Source of the DNA: Fistulifera solaris
Lineage: Eukaryota
DNA length: 64,000 nucleotides
Reading direction: 5' to 3'
Assembly (NCBI GenBank): GCA_030295235.1
Contig: AP026138.1
Coordinates: forward strand, 806,001-870,000
Positions 63,960-64,000 of this stretch are shown here, piece after piece. A program made the translations under genes and the position numbers. Below the pieces are notes generated by a model, which was not told where the DNA came from, made no database searches, and was given only the letters and a program-made list of their open reading frames with translations. The first letter of the stretch is position 1; the number at the start of each line of letters is the position of its first letter.

Positions 63960-64000
63960 AATGTGGTTTTCTCACTCTGGTCATTTTTTACTCGCAAGAG

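Overview
Eukaryotic, gene-dense nuclear DNA, very likely from a pennate diatom. The evidence is short GT-AG introns, bipartite plastid presequences (A-F motif), a GapC1-type plastid GAPDH, CoDi-type Copia motifs and diatom-style LRR and SET proteins. About 27 protein genes are recognisable: PCNA, Ldh_2-family dehydrogenase, GatA, LRR membrane protein, a 54-aa repeat protein, rhomboid, CPBP protease, PRL phosphatase, HAD phosphatase, MTA/SAH nucleosidase, DnaJ protein, two GapC1, two SDRs, cpFtsY, a SET-domain protein, ADAL, two NRT2, RRP45 and others. Many carry single-base indels in homopolymers, which look like long-read assembly errors. Non-genic structure includes: (1) a complete 6.18-kb Copia retrotransposon with near-identical LTRs, TG...GA ends, a 6-bp TSD and a primer-binding site complementary to the 5' end/D-arm of a tRNA rather than its 3' end; (2) a 2.37-kb direct duplication (DnaJ 3' part plus GapC1) flanking a 3.7-kb insert; (3) a ~200-bp non-autonomous Helitron; (4) a 226-bp satellite, a degenerate ~213-bp-period hairpin array and a 68-bp hairpin minisatellite; (5) dispersed palindromes. 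The best novelty candidates are the apparent 5'-tRNA-fragment-primed retrotransposon and a secreted SET + 2OG-Fe(II)-like fusion protein. All calls were made by eye; no searches were run.
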